NCBI GenBank assembly: GCA_965603125.1 | Contig: CBFDBU010000001.1 | Location: forward strand, 39,861 to 103,860 | Origin: an uncultured bacterium | GTDB lineage: Bacteria > Zixibacteria > MSB-5A5 > GN15 > FEB-12 | Length of the DNA stretch: 64,000 nucleotides | Direction of reading: 5' to 3' | Shown here: positions 1 to 9,759 of the stretch, piece after piece | Position numbering within the stretch: position 1 is the first letter of the stretch | Layout: each line of letters starts with the position of its first letter | Notes under the pieces: model-generated | Seen by the model: the letters and a program-made list of their open reading frames with translations, nothing else | Database searches by the model: none | What the model was told of the DNA's origin: nothing | Made by a program: the position numbers and the translations under genes

Positions 1-12
1 TAGGAGGTTGTC

Positions 13-1512
13 TTGCCGGCAAGATACCTCAACTTTATTCGGGGTGTCTCAGTCTGCCCCACCGCCGGACTGGGTGTGATTCTGACCATCTCATCGTTTG
101 TTTGCCTGGTTATTCTGGGGTTGGCGCGAATACTTGGGATAATCACCGATGCTTACGTAGGGCTCGTAACGTACCTGCTGTTTCCGGCTCTATTTGCAAT
201 GGGATTAATTCTAATTCCTGTCGGCTGGTGGAGGATTAAAAGGAAGACCGGGAAACCCATGGGCGTGCTGATTGCAGAACGCTTCCCGCAAGACACTGCC
301 CCGAGCGGCTTTCTCGGGTCACGGTTGTCGCGAGCCGTCGTGCTGCTGACAGCGGTCACGGTGGTTTTCATACTGGCCGTCAACAAGCAGATGCTCACCT
401 TCATGGATGAACCGGTGTTCTGCGGGACGGCCTGTCACAGCGTGATGAATCCCGAGTGGGTGACCTACCAGCAGTCTCCGCACGCCCGTGTGACGTGCGT
501 GCAGTGCCACGTGGGCGAGGGAGTTGAGGCGCTCGTCGACAGCAAGCTGAATGGGCTCTGGCAGGTAATATCGGTTACATTTGACATACTTGAGCGCCCG
601 ATCCCCACCCCCGTGCACCAGTTGCGACCGGCCCGCGAAACGTGTGAGAAGTGCCACTGGCCTGACAAGTTCTACGGTACCAGGTTAAAGACGATAGCAC
701 AGTACCAGCGTGACTCAGCCTCGACCCCGCTGTACACGACGCTCAACCAGAAGGTTGAGGCCGGTTCACCGGGTTCCAGGGCCGGCATCCACTGGCACAT
801 AGCTGAAGAAAACGAGATTCGGTATTCCTCCCTCGACGATGAGCGCGAAAAGATTACCTGGGCGGAAGTGCGTCGGTCTGACGGGAGTTACCACCGCTAC
901 GTATCAAGGGAACCGGCCGCGTCGGAAAACCAGGCTTCATCTGTCCGGACGATGGATTGTGTCGATTGTCACAACCGTGTTACCCATATATATGAGAACC
1001 CTGAGCCGGCCATCGACGACCGCATCCAGCGAAGCATCCTTGACCGATTTCTGCCGTTTCTCAAACGGGAAGCCCTTCGTGCAATTTCCGGAAACTATGC
1101 CGACAAGCAGGCTGCCCTGGATGGAATCTCGAACCACCTGCATAGTTTCTACCAGCGCAACTACCCTCTGTTGGCCGTTAGCGAAGCGAGACTGATTGAT
1201 TCCGCAGTTACCGTTCTCCAGAGCATCTTTGCCCGCAATGTACATCCCGAGATGAACATCAGCTGGGGTGCTTACGCCGGCCATATCGGTCACGTCGGCG
1301 ATGGCGGTTGCTTCCGCTGTCACAACTCCCAACTGGTCGACAACGCCGGGAACAGTGTCTCCGACGACTGCGCCCTGTGCCATTCCATACTGTCAAATAA
1401 GCACGACGACCCCTTCAAGTTCCTGCAACCGGTTGACACCTCCGATGCGGACCACCTGATGCACTTGTACCTTAAGGAGGAGTTCCTGCGGTCGTTTGGG
1501 AGCGGGCAATAG
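13..1512 (+). CDS. Membrane-anchored multiheme c-type cytochrome, NapC/NirT-type N-terminal region
   Basis: Three N-terminal hydrophobic helices. Heme motifs CGTACH (CX3CH), CVQCH, CEKCH, CVDCH, CFRCH, CALCH. AGGAGG RBS at 2-7 before the TTG start. Confidence 0.88.
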   Translation: MPARYLNFIRGVSVCPTAGLGVILTISSFVCLVILGLARILGIITDAYVGLVTYLLFPALFAMGLILIPVGWWRIKRKTGKPMGVLIAERFPQDTAPSGFLGSRLSRAVVLLTAVTVVFILAVNKQMLTFMDEPVFCGTACHSVMNPEWVTYQQSPHARVTCVQCHVGEGVEALVDSKLNGLWQVISVTFDILERPIPTPVHQLRPARETCEKCHWPDKFYGTRLKTIAQYQRDSASTPLYTTLNQKVEAGSPGSRAGIHWHIAEENEIRYSSLDDEREKITWAEVRRSDGSYHRYVSREPAASENQASSVRTMDCVDCHNRVTHIYENPEPAIDDRIQRSILDRFLPFLKREALRAISGNYADKQAALDGISNHLHSFYQRNYPLLAVSEARLIDSAVTVLQSIFARNVHPEMNISWGAYAGHIGHVGDGGCFRCHNSQLVDNAGNSVSDDCALCHSILSNKHDDPFKFLQPVDTSDADHLMHLYLKEEFLRSFGSGQ

Positions 1513-1537
1513 GATGAGCAACCACCGGGGAGTTTTC

Positions 1538-1565
1538 GTAGGTCGGAACCCCCGCGGTCTCGACC
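1538..1565 (+). repeat. GTAG-type REP-like palindrome
   Basis: GTAGGTCGGAACCCCCGCGGTCTCGACC, near-identical to 2632-2658. Confidence 0.7.
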
Positions 1566-1744
1566 GGCGTTGTCGGTCCTTCTCCCGACGCGCACGATGG
1601 TTATCATGTCACTGTGAGCTAGACCGTCGTTTTTTCTTGTGCAATGCCTAAGCGAAGCGCTATTAGTGACCAAAGAAGGATGCCGGGGTGTTGAGCTTTT
1701 GCCTCAATCATAGCTGCAGATAACCGGTGCAGGAGAGGTGAGAA

Positions 1745-2533
1745 ATGGGACAGAGAATTGTTCAAGTTGATTCCTTTACAGACAAACCGTTTTCGGGGAA
1801 CCCGGCTGCTGTGTGTGTTATGAAAAAACCGGCCGACGAGCTCTGGATGCAAGCGGTTGCTCGGGAGATGAATCTTTCCGAGACTGCGTTTCTGTACCGC
1901 AATGGTGACTACTATCAGTTGCGCTGGTTCACCCCGGTGACCGAGGTCGATCTCTGCGGCCATGCTACTCTCGCCGGCGCCCATGTTCTCTGGGAGGAGG
2001 AATTCTTGCCGTCGGGTCGACAGGCCCGTTTCATGACGAAAAGCGGGCTGCTGACGGCTGATAAGAAGGACGGGATCATTGAACTTGATCTACCCGCACA
2101 GGTCACAGAGGATGTCGTCGCGTTGCCCGGTATCGTGGAAGCGTTGGGGGTGATTCCCACTAACGCCAGTCAGGGTGCTACGCATTACCTCATTGAGGTA
2201 GATTCGGAGACCACGGTCCGCAAAGTGAAACCAGATTTCTCCGCACTGTCGCAGGCGGACCCTCGACCGGTGATCATCACGAGTCAGGCTTTAACGCCTG
2301 GATTCGATATCGTGTCACGCTTCTTTGCGCCGGGGGTGGGAATAGATGAAGACCCGGTGACAGGTTTTGCACACTGCTGTCTGGGTCCATACTGGCAGCG
2401 GCGACTGAACAGGAGCGAGTTCCGTGCTTATCAGGCCTCAGCGCGCGGAGGTGCAATACGCGTCACCGTCGAGGGTGACCGGGTGCGCCTGGGGGGTAAT
2501 GCCGTGACAGTGCTTCAGGGCGAATTGGTGTAA
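1745..2533 (+). CDS. PhzF-family isomerase/epimerase
   Basis: Motifs VDSFT..FSGNPAAV, EMNLSETAF, LRWFTP..EVDLCGHATL and EDPVTG. Confidence 0.93.
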   Translation: MGQRIVQVDSFTDKPFSGNPAAVCVMKKPADELWMQAVAREMNLSETAFLYRNGDYYQLRWFTPVTEVDLCGHATLAGAHVLWEEEFLPSGRQARFMTKSGLLTADKKDGIIELDLPAQVTEDVVALPGIVEALGVIPTNASQGATHYLIEVDSETTVRKVKPDFSALSQADPRPVIITSQALTPGFDIVSRFFAPGVGIDEDPVTGFAHCCLGPYWQRRLNRSEFRAYQASARGGAIRVTVEGDRVRLGGNAVTVLQGELV

Positions 2534-2575
2534 AACGCGTTACATCATGCGCTCCGCAATGATTTCGCCTCGTAC

Positions 2576-2787
2576 GGACGCTCTGCGTCGGGCTGCTGCC
2601 AGCGGGACGCTTTGCGCTCTCAGTTGTAGTTGTAGGTCGAAACCCCCGCGGTTTCGACAGCCGGTGTCAGGCCCACAGGGGTCCCGACAGAACTCTGCGC
2701 TCTCAGGGAGTTGCGGACGCAGAGCGTCCAAAATAGGCACATTGTGCCCGTTGTGCCCGTACCCGTTCCCACGCGGAGCGTAGGAAC
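2576..2787. repeat. Composite REP/REPIN-like cluster between convergent genes
   Basis: 14-bp inverted repeat at 2576-2589/2716-2729. Inner palindromes at 2632-2658 and 2666-2688. 11-bp direct repeat at 2613-2623/2696-2706. Palindrome GTTCCCACGCGGAGCGTAGGAAC at 2765-2787. Confidence 0.75.
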
Positions 2788-2798
2788 AACATGACCAG

Positions 2799-3749
2799 CT
2801 AAAGAACCAGCCAGAATGGCTCGGTGAAAGCGCGGTAGGTGCCGCCCGTTGTGAAACTGACCTGGTTGTCGAAAACACCGATTTTCACTTTGACGCGCTC
2901 CAGCGTCGACATATCCAGATCTTCCCCGAAACTGGTCAGAGGTCGCGCCAGCACCACCGTGTACTCGCCGGCACTGTGTGCGTAAAGGGCTGTGATATCC
3001 CATCGACTCTGCGGGCCGGCCGTCCACGAACTGATAGCAGTATCGATGTACCAGCCGGGGACGGTCATGCCGCTGTCCCAGTCGGGGTCCTGCATCCAAT
3101 TGGAGGATGATATACGGTCCTCTTTGTAAAGAACCCACCCGTCAAAAGCCGACATGTCCTTGTGTATCCATGGAGGACGGGTGCCGGCATCCGGTTTGTT
3201 CTCGCTGGCGATCACGTTGATACCTGTGTCCAGCGTTATGGCGCCGCCATCGTAGGTTATGCCCTCGGCGCGGTCTGCCTGCCCAGTCGTGAGTGAGCGC
3301 CAGTTCCAAGTATCCCAGCCTCCGCCGGGAGCGCCCTCGAACATCACAAAGAGCTGATCCTCGTCGAAGCCGTCCACATTCCGGGTCCAGTTGAAATTCA
3401 CGGTATCGTAGAGCGACCAGTGATCGCGCCAGAGAGTTTGGTCGGCATCGTTCCATACGACGCGAATGTAGAGCATGGAATCCGTCTTGATAGCCTGAAA
3501 CGAGAGCGAATCGGCGAAGCCTGCGCCTTTGGCTGGCGGGCCGATATTCTTGGCCACATTGAGAGCGGTAGGTGTCACCTGGTTCCAGACGGCGTCGTTG
3601 GCCGATACGAACGGCGGCGCACCGACCGTAGTGTCGGCGTTCACGGACGTCAGGGTCGGTTCGCCGTTGCTGTCGGTACCGTCATCATCACCGCAGGCCA
3701 GGCAGAGGGCGAAGAAGAGTACCATGATGAACGGGATTAACTTTCTCAT
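2799..3749 (-). CDS. Lipoprotein with an ethylbenzene-dehydrogenase gamma-subunit-like (DOMON/CBM9-like) domain
   Basis: Lipobox LCLAC. Motifs LYIRVVWND, EDQLFVMF, DTWNWRS and YTVVLARPL. ATG at 3749 follows GGAGG. Confidence 0.62.
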   Translation of the reverse strand: MRKLIPFIMVLFFALCLACGDDDGTDSNGEPTLTSVNADTTVGAPPFVSANDAVWNQVTPTALNVAKNIGPPAKGAGFADSLSFQAIKTDSMLYIRVVWNDADQTLWRDHWSLYDTVNFNWTRNVDGFDEDQLFVMFEGAPGGGWDTWNWRSLTTGQADRAEGITYDGGAITLDTGINVIASENKPDAGTRPPWIHKDMSAFDGWVLYKEDRISSSNWMQDPDWDSGMTVPGWYIDTAISSWTAGPQSRWDITALYAHSAGEYTVVLARPLTSFGEDLDMSTLERVKVKIGVFDNQVSFTTGGTYRAFTEPFWLVL

Positions 3750-3828
3750 CGGAATCCTCCAGATATCTTGTTGACGCATATCTTATACGGAAAATAACAC
3801 AGAGCGGAGCAACAGGAAAGGGAAATCT

Positions 3829-5577
3829 CTACTCGAGCCGTTTGAGCACAATCATGGTCAGATCGTCAAAAACGTAGCGCCGTGAGGCGTACTCCTTGAC
3901 GGCCTTGAAAATCGCCTCCGAAATCCCCTGCGACGTTTCCCGGCGGTTGTCGCGTAGAACCTGGATCAGCCGCTCCCTGCCGAAAGCCTCGTCGGCGCTG
4001 TTGAACGCCTCGCTGACGCCGTCCGTGTAGAGAAGAACCACCTCGCCCCGGTTCAGGTAGACGGGGCGTTCCTCGTAGTCGACATTCGGTGTCACGCCCA
4101 AGAGCGGCCCACCCTCTTTGAGGTATTCTACCCGGTCGTCGGAGCGAAGAAGGATGGGCTGATCGTGCCCGCAGTTGGAGAAGGTAAGCACGTGGTTCCT
4201 GGAATCGAGAACACCATAGAGGGCCGTAACAAAACTGCCCGGGCGAACGGATTCGCAAAGCAGATTGTTGACCTTGCGACAGATAGTCCGGATGGAGTAG
4301 TTGTTCCGAATCTCGGCAATCAGGGAAGCTCGGAAGGACGCCATAATAAGCGCCGCCGCAATTCCCTTGCCGGAGACATCGCCGATGGCAATACCGGTCT
4401 GGCCCTCGACAATATCAATGAAATCGTAGTAGTCTCCCCCGACCTGAAAGGATGGGACGTTACGCCCAGCCAGGTCGTAGCCAGGTATGTCCGGCGTACG
4501 GCCGGGAAGAAAACTACGCTGAATCTCCCGCGCGATGCTCAACTGCTCCACAAGTTTCTGGCCGGCGATCAGTTGCTCGTGAAGGCGCGCGCGTTCGATT
4601 GATATCGCCGCCTGGGACGCGAAAGCCGACATCAGCGAACGGGCATGGTGGTCAAAAGCGTCGAAGCGGTCCGACTCCAGGTTGATGACGCCTATGGATT
4701 TGTCATCGAGCTTGATCGGCGCCACGATCTCACTTCTGGTGGTCGGGCGACTCTTGATGTAGCGCCGGTCGGCGGTAACATCCGGCACGATGACCGCTTC
4801 CCCCTCCTGGGCCACAGTTCCGATAAGACCCTCTCCGATCATGAGGTTCTGAGTAGCTTCATCATCAGGATCGTACCCGACCGTCAAGACTGACTCGATC
4901 TGCCTGGTATCGGAATCAACCAGGTAGATCCCGGCACTGTCGAAATCAACGGCCTTCTTGAGGGAATCGAGAATCTCACGAAGGACTTCGTCAAGACGCA
5001 GAGAGCCGGACAGCTTTTTACCGATCTCATACAGAAGATGCTTTTCCAGGGCCTCGCGTTTCACGACCCGGTACAGGTGAGCGTTATCGATGGCCACGGC
5101 AATCTGGTTGGCCAGTCCGATGAGGACATCAAGATCGGTTTCGTCGAACTCCCCGTCGAGCTTGTTTATGGCCTCAATGACCCCGATCATCTGCCCCTTG
5201 CCGATAAGCGGCACCGAGATCAGCGATTTCATAGATATGCCTCCGAGGCGGCCGATCTCTTGATCCACTTTCGGGTCGCCGGCAGCGTCATTGATTATCA
5301 CCGGTTCTCTGTATTCGGCCACCCAGCCGATCACCCCCTGCCCCAGTTCGCGACGAAACACTTTAACCCGACAGTCGACGCAGTTCATAAACCTGATATT
5401 CATGTCGGTGCGTTCGTGATCGACGCGAAAGACCAGAGCCGCCTGCGATCCCGCGGCCGCGACAACAAGACGGAGTACGCGCTCGATCAGCTCTTCGTAT
5501 TCGAGAGTCGAGTTGAAAGCCCGACCGGCCTCAAGAAGCAGCTTCTCTGCCCGGGTATGGCTTGCGGTATTGCTCAT
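3829..5577 (-). CDS. GAF-GAF-PP2C (SpoIIE/RsbU-type) serine phosphatase
   Basis: Two GAF domains. PP2C motifs VGGDYYD, IGDVSGKG, LYTDGVSEA and DDLT. Start reassigned to ATG 5577 (MSNTASH). Confidence 0.92.
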   Translation of the reverse strand: MSNTASHTRAEKLLLEAGRAFNSTLEYEELIERVLRLVVAAAGSQAALVFRVDHERTDMNIRFMNCVDCRVKVFRRELGQGVIGWVAEYREPVIINDAAGDPKVDQEIGRLGGISMKSLISVPLIGKGQMIGVIEAINKLDGEFDETDLDVLIGLANQIAVAIDNAHLYRVVKREALEKHLLYEIGKKLSGSLRLDEVLREILDSLKKAVDFDSAGIYLVDSDTRQIESVLTVGYDPDDEATQNLMIGEGLIGTVAQEGEAVIVPDVTADRRYIKSRPTTRSEIVAPIKLDDKSIGVINLESDRFDAFDHHARSLMSAFASQAAISIERARLHEQLIAGQKLVEQLSIAREIQRSFLPGRTPDIPGYDLAGRNVPSFQVGGDYYDFIDIVEGQTGIAIGDVSGKGIAAALIMASFRASLIAEIRNNYSIRTICRKVNNLLCESVRPGSFVTALYGVLDSRNHVLTFSNCGHDQPILLRSDDRVEYLKEGGPLLGVTPNVDYEERPVYLNRGEVVLLYTDGVSEAFNSADEAFGRERLIQVLRDNRRETSQGISEAIFKAVKEYASRRYVFDDLTMIVLKRLE

Positions 5578-5585
5578 ATCAGGGC

Positions 5586-5613
5586 AAGGTACGCTTTTGG
5601 CGGGAATTGTCAA
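5586..5613 (-). promoter_or_regulatory. Sigma70-type promoter of the phosphatase gene (probably leaderless)
   Basis: TTGACA-N16-TACCTT, then 8 nt to the ATG with no SD. Confidence 0.55.
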
Positions 5614-5815
5614 CACTCCCGGCATACACACAGCCGTATCCTGGGAAGGTTCCGAGTGGACTGTGCTCACGGGGGCAGGACGAGGAGTCCGCCGACATGT
5701 GGGCGCACTTGGCGTACGGGCAGACATATGGGCAAAACTGATCTTGGCGTAGCTGCCGGTGGGAGTCACCCGCCGCCGGGTACGGCCGGCAAATCGTGCG
5801 TGGATCAGCAGTGAC

Positions 5816-8800
5816 TTAGGTGCACGGCGGCGGTTCGGGGCCGGAGTTGAACATGTAGTCCACTAAATAGACCAAATCGGCTATGTCGATAGGTTCAACG
5901 CCACTGCCGTCCACGTCGCCTTCGCCCCAGCACACGGGAGTGGGTCCCTCGTTGAACATGTAGTCCACTAAGTAGACCAAATCGGCGATGTCGATCGGAA
6001 GGACGCCGCTGTGGTCTACGTCTCCGCGGATGGCACAGCACACGGGATCGCAGGCATCCCCCACATCGTCGCCGTCCGCGTCCTCCTGGCCAGGGTTGGA
6101 GATTTCTACGCAGTTGTCACAAACATCGCCAACACCGTCGGCGTCACCATCATCCTGCCCCGGATTGTAGTCCTCAGGGCAGTTGTCGCAGGAGTTGCCC
6201 CAACCGTCGACGTCTGTGTCGCCAAACGGCTCATCGCTCCCACCACTGCAGTCGTTATCCAGCCCATCGCAGAGTTCGGTAGCACCGGGGTGAACTTCCG
6301 GATCGGCATCGTTACAGTCGCCAGTACCCGGCGCTGAACCGCCAGCCTCGCCAGGGTAAGCCTCATCAACGTAGCTGTCCATATCCGCATCGAAGTCATT
6401 CAGGCCGTCACAATCCTGGTCAACTCCGTCATACCAAACCTCGGTCGCAGCGGGATGAATGTCCGGGTCGGCATCGTTACAGTCGCCTGTACCCGGCGCT
6501 GAACCGCCGACCTCGCCAGGGTAAGCCTCGTCAACGTAGCCGTCCATGTCCGCATCGAAGTCATTCAGGCCGTCACAATCCTGGTCAATTCCGTCATACC
6601 ATACCTCGGTAGCACCGGGGTGAACGTCTGGGTCGGCGTCGTTACAGTCATCGGGGCAAGTGTTGGCTGCATACCCCGGATTGCCGTAACCATCGCCGTC
6701 TGTGTCGGTGCATTCATCGCAGACATCGCCAATACCATCGCCGTCGGCGTCTTCCTGACCGGGATTGTACACCTGGGGGCAATTGTCATCCGGGCAATCG
6801 TTCTCCGGGTGGCCGGGATCGCCGAAACCATCACCGTCGGTATCGACGCAGGACAACAACTGCAGGGTGGGGTCACCGTTGAGCACCATGCCATAGTACC
6901 ACTCCTGTTCCCAAAGTTCAAATGGAGCCTGGGCTTGAAACCACTCAAGCAGAGCCTGACCGATAGTTTTGTTGTCCTCGGAGAGGGGACCGGTGAAGTC
7001 GTGGAAATTGAGCATACTGCCGCTTTTTGAGGATGCGATCGTTATAAGACCGTTAGTAGTGTTGAATATGTACGAGCCCGCCAGGTAGTCATCGTCGGTA
7101 AAACGGCCTGGTCCGCACGAGAAAAGATTGTAAAACAACACCGGAGGATCGCGATCCTGGATAGTCTCGGAATACACCCAGTCACCCTCGCCATCGTAAT
7201 AGGCGCCGAGATCAAAAGGACGTCCATCTCTCAGATCACGTTCCCAGGTGCCCAGGGGAGCGGTATCCCCCTCACTAGGGGTGATTACCTCTTCTCCCTC
7301 AAGATAATCGGTGACCAGGCGAGTACCGACATCCGGGTTAAGATAAGGTCCGTTGACCAACCAACTGCCGATGTGCGTAATAGGCGTGGGTGCCGGATCA
7401 TAAGACAGACCGCTCACCGGGCTGCCATCAGCCTGACAGAACCGGGCGCTAAAGCCGTGAGAGCTAAGCCATTGGGATACTTTCACAAGCAGATGGTTTT
7501 CGCCGGCATTCAAAGTGACGACAACCTTGGATATGTCAGCCTCAAAGCCACCATAAACATTGTCATACAACACAACGGCGCCGTTGAGCCAGACCCGGGC
7601 ACCATCATCATAACCCAGCCAGAGTTGACAGGTTTGCTCGGTCGCCGAGTATACTCTCACAAATGCGTAGCAGACGCCAAAGTCTTGAGCGTCGTGGGCG
7701 GACATATCAATATATGGATAGCCTGAATTGAAGGTTGTCCAGGTATTGCCGCCCATTATTTCCCCATCGACGGGATTGATCATGCTCTCGGAAACGCCGA
7801 GATAATTGGTGGTGAGATAGTACCAAAAATTATCCGAGATATCTTCATGGAAGCCGTTCAACAGCCAACTTCGTATATACTCTGCCTCCGCGGGGTAACT
7901 TGCCGGGTCATTGATCTGGTACTCAAGATCGGAGAACGTCACGTACGCTGGATCAGTGAATCGGGCGGAGAAGCCAAAATCTCCACCACCCTGGCTGACC
8001 TTGCACAGCAGTTTATTCCAGCCCGCTTGTAGAGAGACAGCAACCTCGTAAGCATCTTCCGTCCAGCCGCCGTAACGGTCGTTGGAATATATAAGGGAGC
8101 CATTGAGCCAGGTCCTGATGCCATCGTTGCTACCCAGAAGAAGTTTGGCTGCGCGGGTGGTCGGACTATACACGTAGACGTGGGCATAAGCGGCCGATTC
8201 GGTGGGGCGGGCCCCAAAGTGGTGACCGCCGGAATAGCTGTGGGCACAGACTGTCACAAAATGCCGGCCATGATCCATCTGGTCAAGGTAATCTGTGCCG
8301 GTTGTGTAGTAACCATAGTCATACCGGGTCACGCTGTCCTCATACACCAGATCGAGATTGACGGGCATGTCGTACCAGTCTTCATCAATGTATTCCAGGC
8401 CACGCCAGGGTTGTGTTAGCTGATAGAACCGATAGGCGTGGGCTTTGGTGAAGTAGTCGTTTACCAGGTTGGCTTCGGTATCATAGGAGAGTGAATGCGC
8501 GTAGAGCCTGCCGATGTAGACCTCCGGGGCCATGTCGCCGGTTCCGGCCGTGTGAACCTCGTAAATGCCATCGATATTGTAATCCTGCCAGTTGCCGTCG
8601 AGGTCCATATAGAAAAGATCGCAAGGGAACTGGGAGCCGGACACCTCGGCCCAAGCGGCGGTGATATCGCCGACAAAGACAAAACCTTCACTTCCCATAT
8701 TGTATCTGTCTATCACCCAATCCTTGATATCCTGGGGAGAACCGCCTGATACGGTACTCACAAACACTGTGTAACCTTCGGACTCGATATCGGTTATATA

Positions 8801-9139
8801 CTGGTTCAGGTTGGTTGTGATTTGCGTATACAAGGACGCATCGACCAGAACGGAGATGTCGGCATCGAGACGACTCCGGGCAGTCAGGACTGCTGTGAAC
8901 GTCGGAGCCTCAAGCGGATGCCACTGCAGATACTGGGCGTGTTGACCGGGGAGAATGCCAGGGGGAGCATGCCATTCGAGTTTCTTGATCTCTCGACCGT
9001 CCTGTTTTTGGGGATTGGCAGGGGTGGTGATATTATCGCTGGGCTGAGTTTCCCTAACTGTATCTGTCCAGCCGGATAACGCCATTACGGAAAGAGCCAG
9101 GGTAATAAGAATTGCGGTAGGCTGAGCATTCTTTTTCAT
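5816..9139 (-). CDS. Secreted C25/caspase-fold peptidase-like protein with inserted beta-sandwich domains, TSP3/MopE-like Ca-binding repeats and a C-terminal dockerin-like module
   Basis: Signal peptide. C25-like motifs FVGD, PEVYIGRL, CAHS, FSCG and LNGDPTL. DNCP and DCND..HPGA.E..DG.DQDCDG repeats. Duplicated GDVD..DIADLVYLVDYMF. Confidence 0.78.
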   Translation of the reverse strand: MKKNAQPTAILITLALSVMALSGWTDTVRETQPSDNITTPANPQKQDGREIKKLEWHAPPGILPGQHAQYLQWHPLEAPTFTAVLTARSRLDADISVLVDASLYTQITTNLNQYITDIESEGYTVFVSTVSGGSPQDIKDWVIDRYNMGSEGFVFVGDITAAWAEVSGSQFPCDLFYMDLDGNWQDYNIDGIYEVHTAGTGDMAPEVYIGRLYAHSLSYDTEANLVNDYFTKAHAYRFYQLTQPWRGLEYIDEDWYDMPVNLDLVYEDSVTRYDYGYYTTGTDYLDQMDHGRHFVTVCAHSYSGGHHFGARPTESAAYAHVYVYSPTTRAAKLLLGSNDGIRTWLNGSLIYSNDRYGGWTEDAYEVAVSLQAGWNKLLCKVSQGGGDFGFSARFTDPAYVTFSDLEYQINDPASYPAEAEYIRSWLLNGFHEDISDNFWYYLTTNYLGVSESMINPVDGEIMGGNTWTTFNSGYPYIDMSAHDAQDFGVCYAFVRVYSATEQTCQLWLGYDDGARVWLNGAVVLYDNVYGGFEADISKVVVTLNAGENHLLVKVSQWLSSHGFSARFCQADGSPVSGLSYDPAPTPITHIGSWLVNGPYLNPDVGTRLVTDYLEGEEVITPSEGDTAPLGTWERDLRDGRPFDLGAYYDGEGDWVYSETIQDRDPPVLFYNLFSCGPGRFTDDDYLAGSYIFNTTNGLITIASSKSGSMLNFHDFTGPLSEDNKTIGQALLEWFQAQAPFELWEQEWYYGMVLNGDPTLQLLSCVDTDGDGFGDPGHPENDCPDDNCPQVYNPGQEDADGDGIGDVCDECTDTDGDGYGNPGYAANTCPDDCNDADPDVHPGATEVWYDGIDQDCDGLNDFDADMDGYVDEAYPGEVGGSAPGTGDCNDADPDIHPAATEVWYDGVDQDCDGLNDFDADMDSYVDEAYPGEAGGSAPGTGDCNDADPEVHPGATELCDGLDNDCSGGSDEPFGDTDVDGWGNSCDNCPEDYNPGQDDGDADGVGDVCDNCVEISNPGQEDADGDDVGDACDPVCCAIRGDVDHSGVLPIDIADLVYLVDYMFNEGPTPVCWGEGDVDGSGVEPIDIADLVYLVDYMFNSGPEPPPCT
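6277..6649 (-). repeat. Intragenic tandem repeat, 165-bp period (55 aa)
   Basis: GTTACAGTC anchors at 6311, 6476 and 6641. Copies are near-identical at DNA level. Confidence 0.85.
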
Positions 9140-9291
9140 TTTGTTTGTCTCCCGTACGTAATCGGAGTAATAATGTTAGAGTGCTTTTACATTCAGAAAT
9201 ATAATAGCAACGGGCCAAATAGCAAACTATTTATTATGCCATAGAACCTGTGAGATCAGAAGATCACACACGCACAAGAGAAGAGGCCGAT

Positions 9292-9321
9292 TGATATCGA
9301 AACCCGGGGGGGGCGACCTAC
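9292..9321 (-). repeat. GTAG-type REP-like element (degenerate)
   Basis: Reverse complement reads GTAGGTCGCCCCCCCCGGGTTTCGATATC, the same family as 1538 and 2632. Confidence 0.55.
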
Positions 9322-9447
9322 GGTGATTCCGGGCAGCGCATCTACTCTTGCGGAGTTTGGGCGCGTAGGTTTGGAGCGGGGATTACGGTTAAAGATATTG
9401 GACAAATCCCTCCGCTTATGGAGTGATTCCTACACATGCCAAAGCTA

Positions 9448-9759
9448 TCATACCACGCTTTCCTCTTGTGCCGCGTTCTCTTTCCGATCGGCAACAACCC
9501 ATTCTGACCAGTCCAGGTTATGCTTGCAGAACGGACAGATTGGTAGTCCAAAGACCACTCCACGATTGCAAGCCGGACATCTGCCGCGATCAATATTTTC
9601 GACTTGCTGCAATAACATCAGACTACTCGCGACATAGATGCGATCAGTTGTGACATCGATCGCTTGCAGGTAGTTCCTTATATGATACAGCCGCGACACA
9701 GCCACAAAGAAACCTACGATGAAGAACAATCCCAGGATTGCTAGGACGATGTAATACAT
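9448..9759 (-). CDS. Small membrane protein with a zinc-ribbon motif
   Basis: N-terminal TM helix and CPAC...CPFC. AT-rich relative to its flanks. AAGGGA upstream. Confidence 0.6.
   Translation of the reverse strand: MYYIVLAILGLFFIVGFFVAVSRLYHIRNYLQAIDVTTDRIYVASSLMLLQQVENIDRGRCPACNRGVVFGLPICPFCKHNLDWSEWVVADRKENAAQEESVV

Noticed and set aside
5578-5769. 64-aa N-terminal extension of the RsbU-like ORF
   Set aside because: Low-complexity sequence spanning the promoter and intergenic hairpins; the real start is probably 5577.
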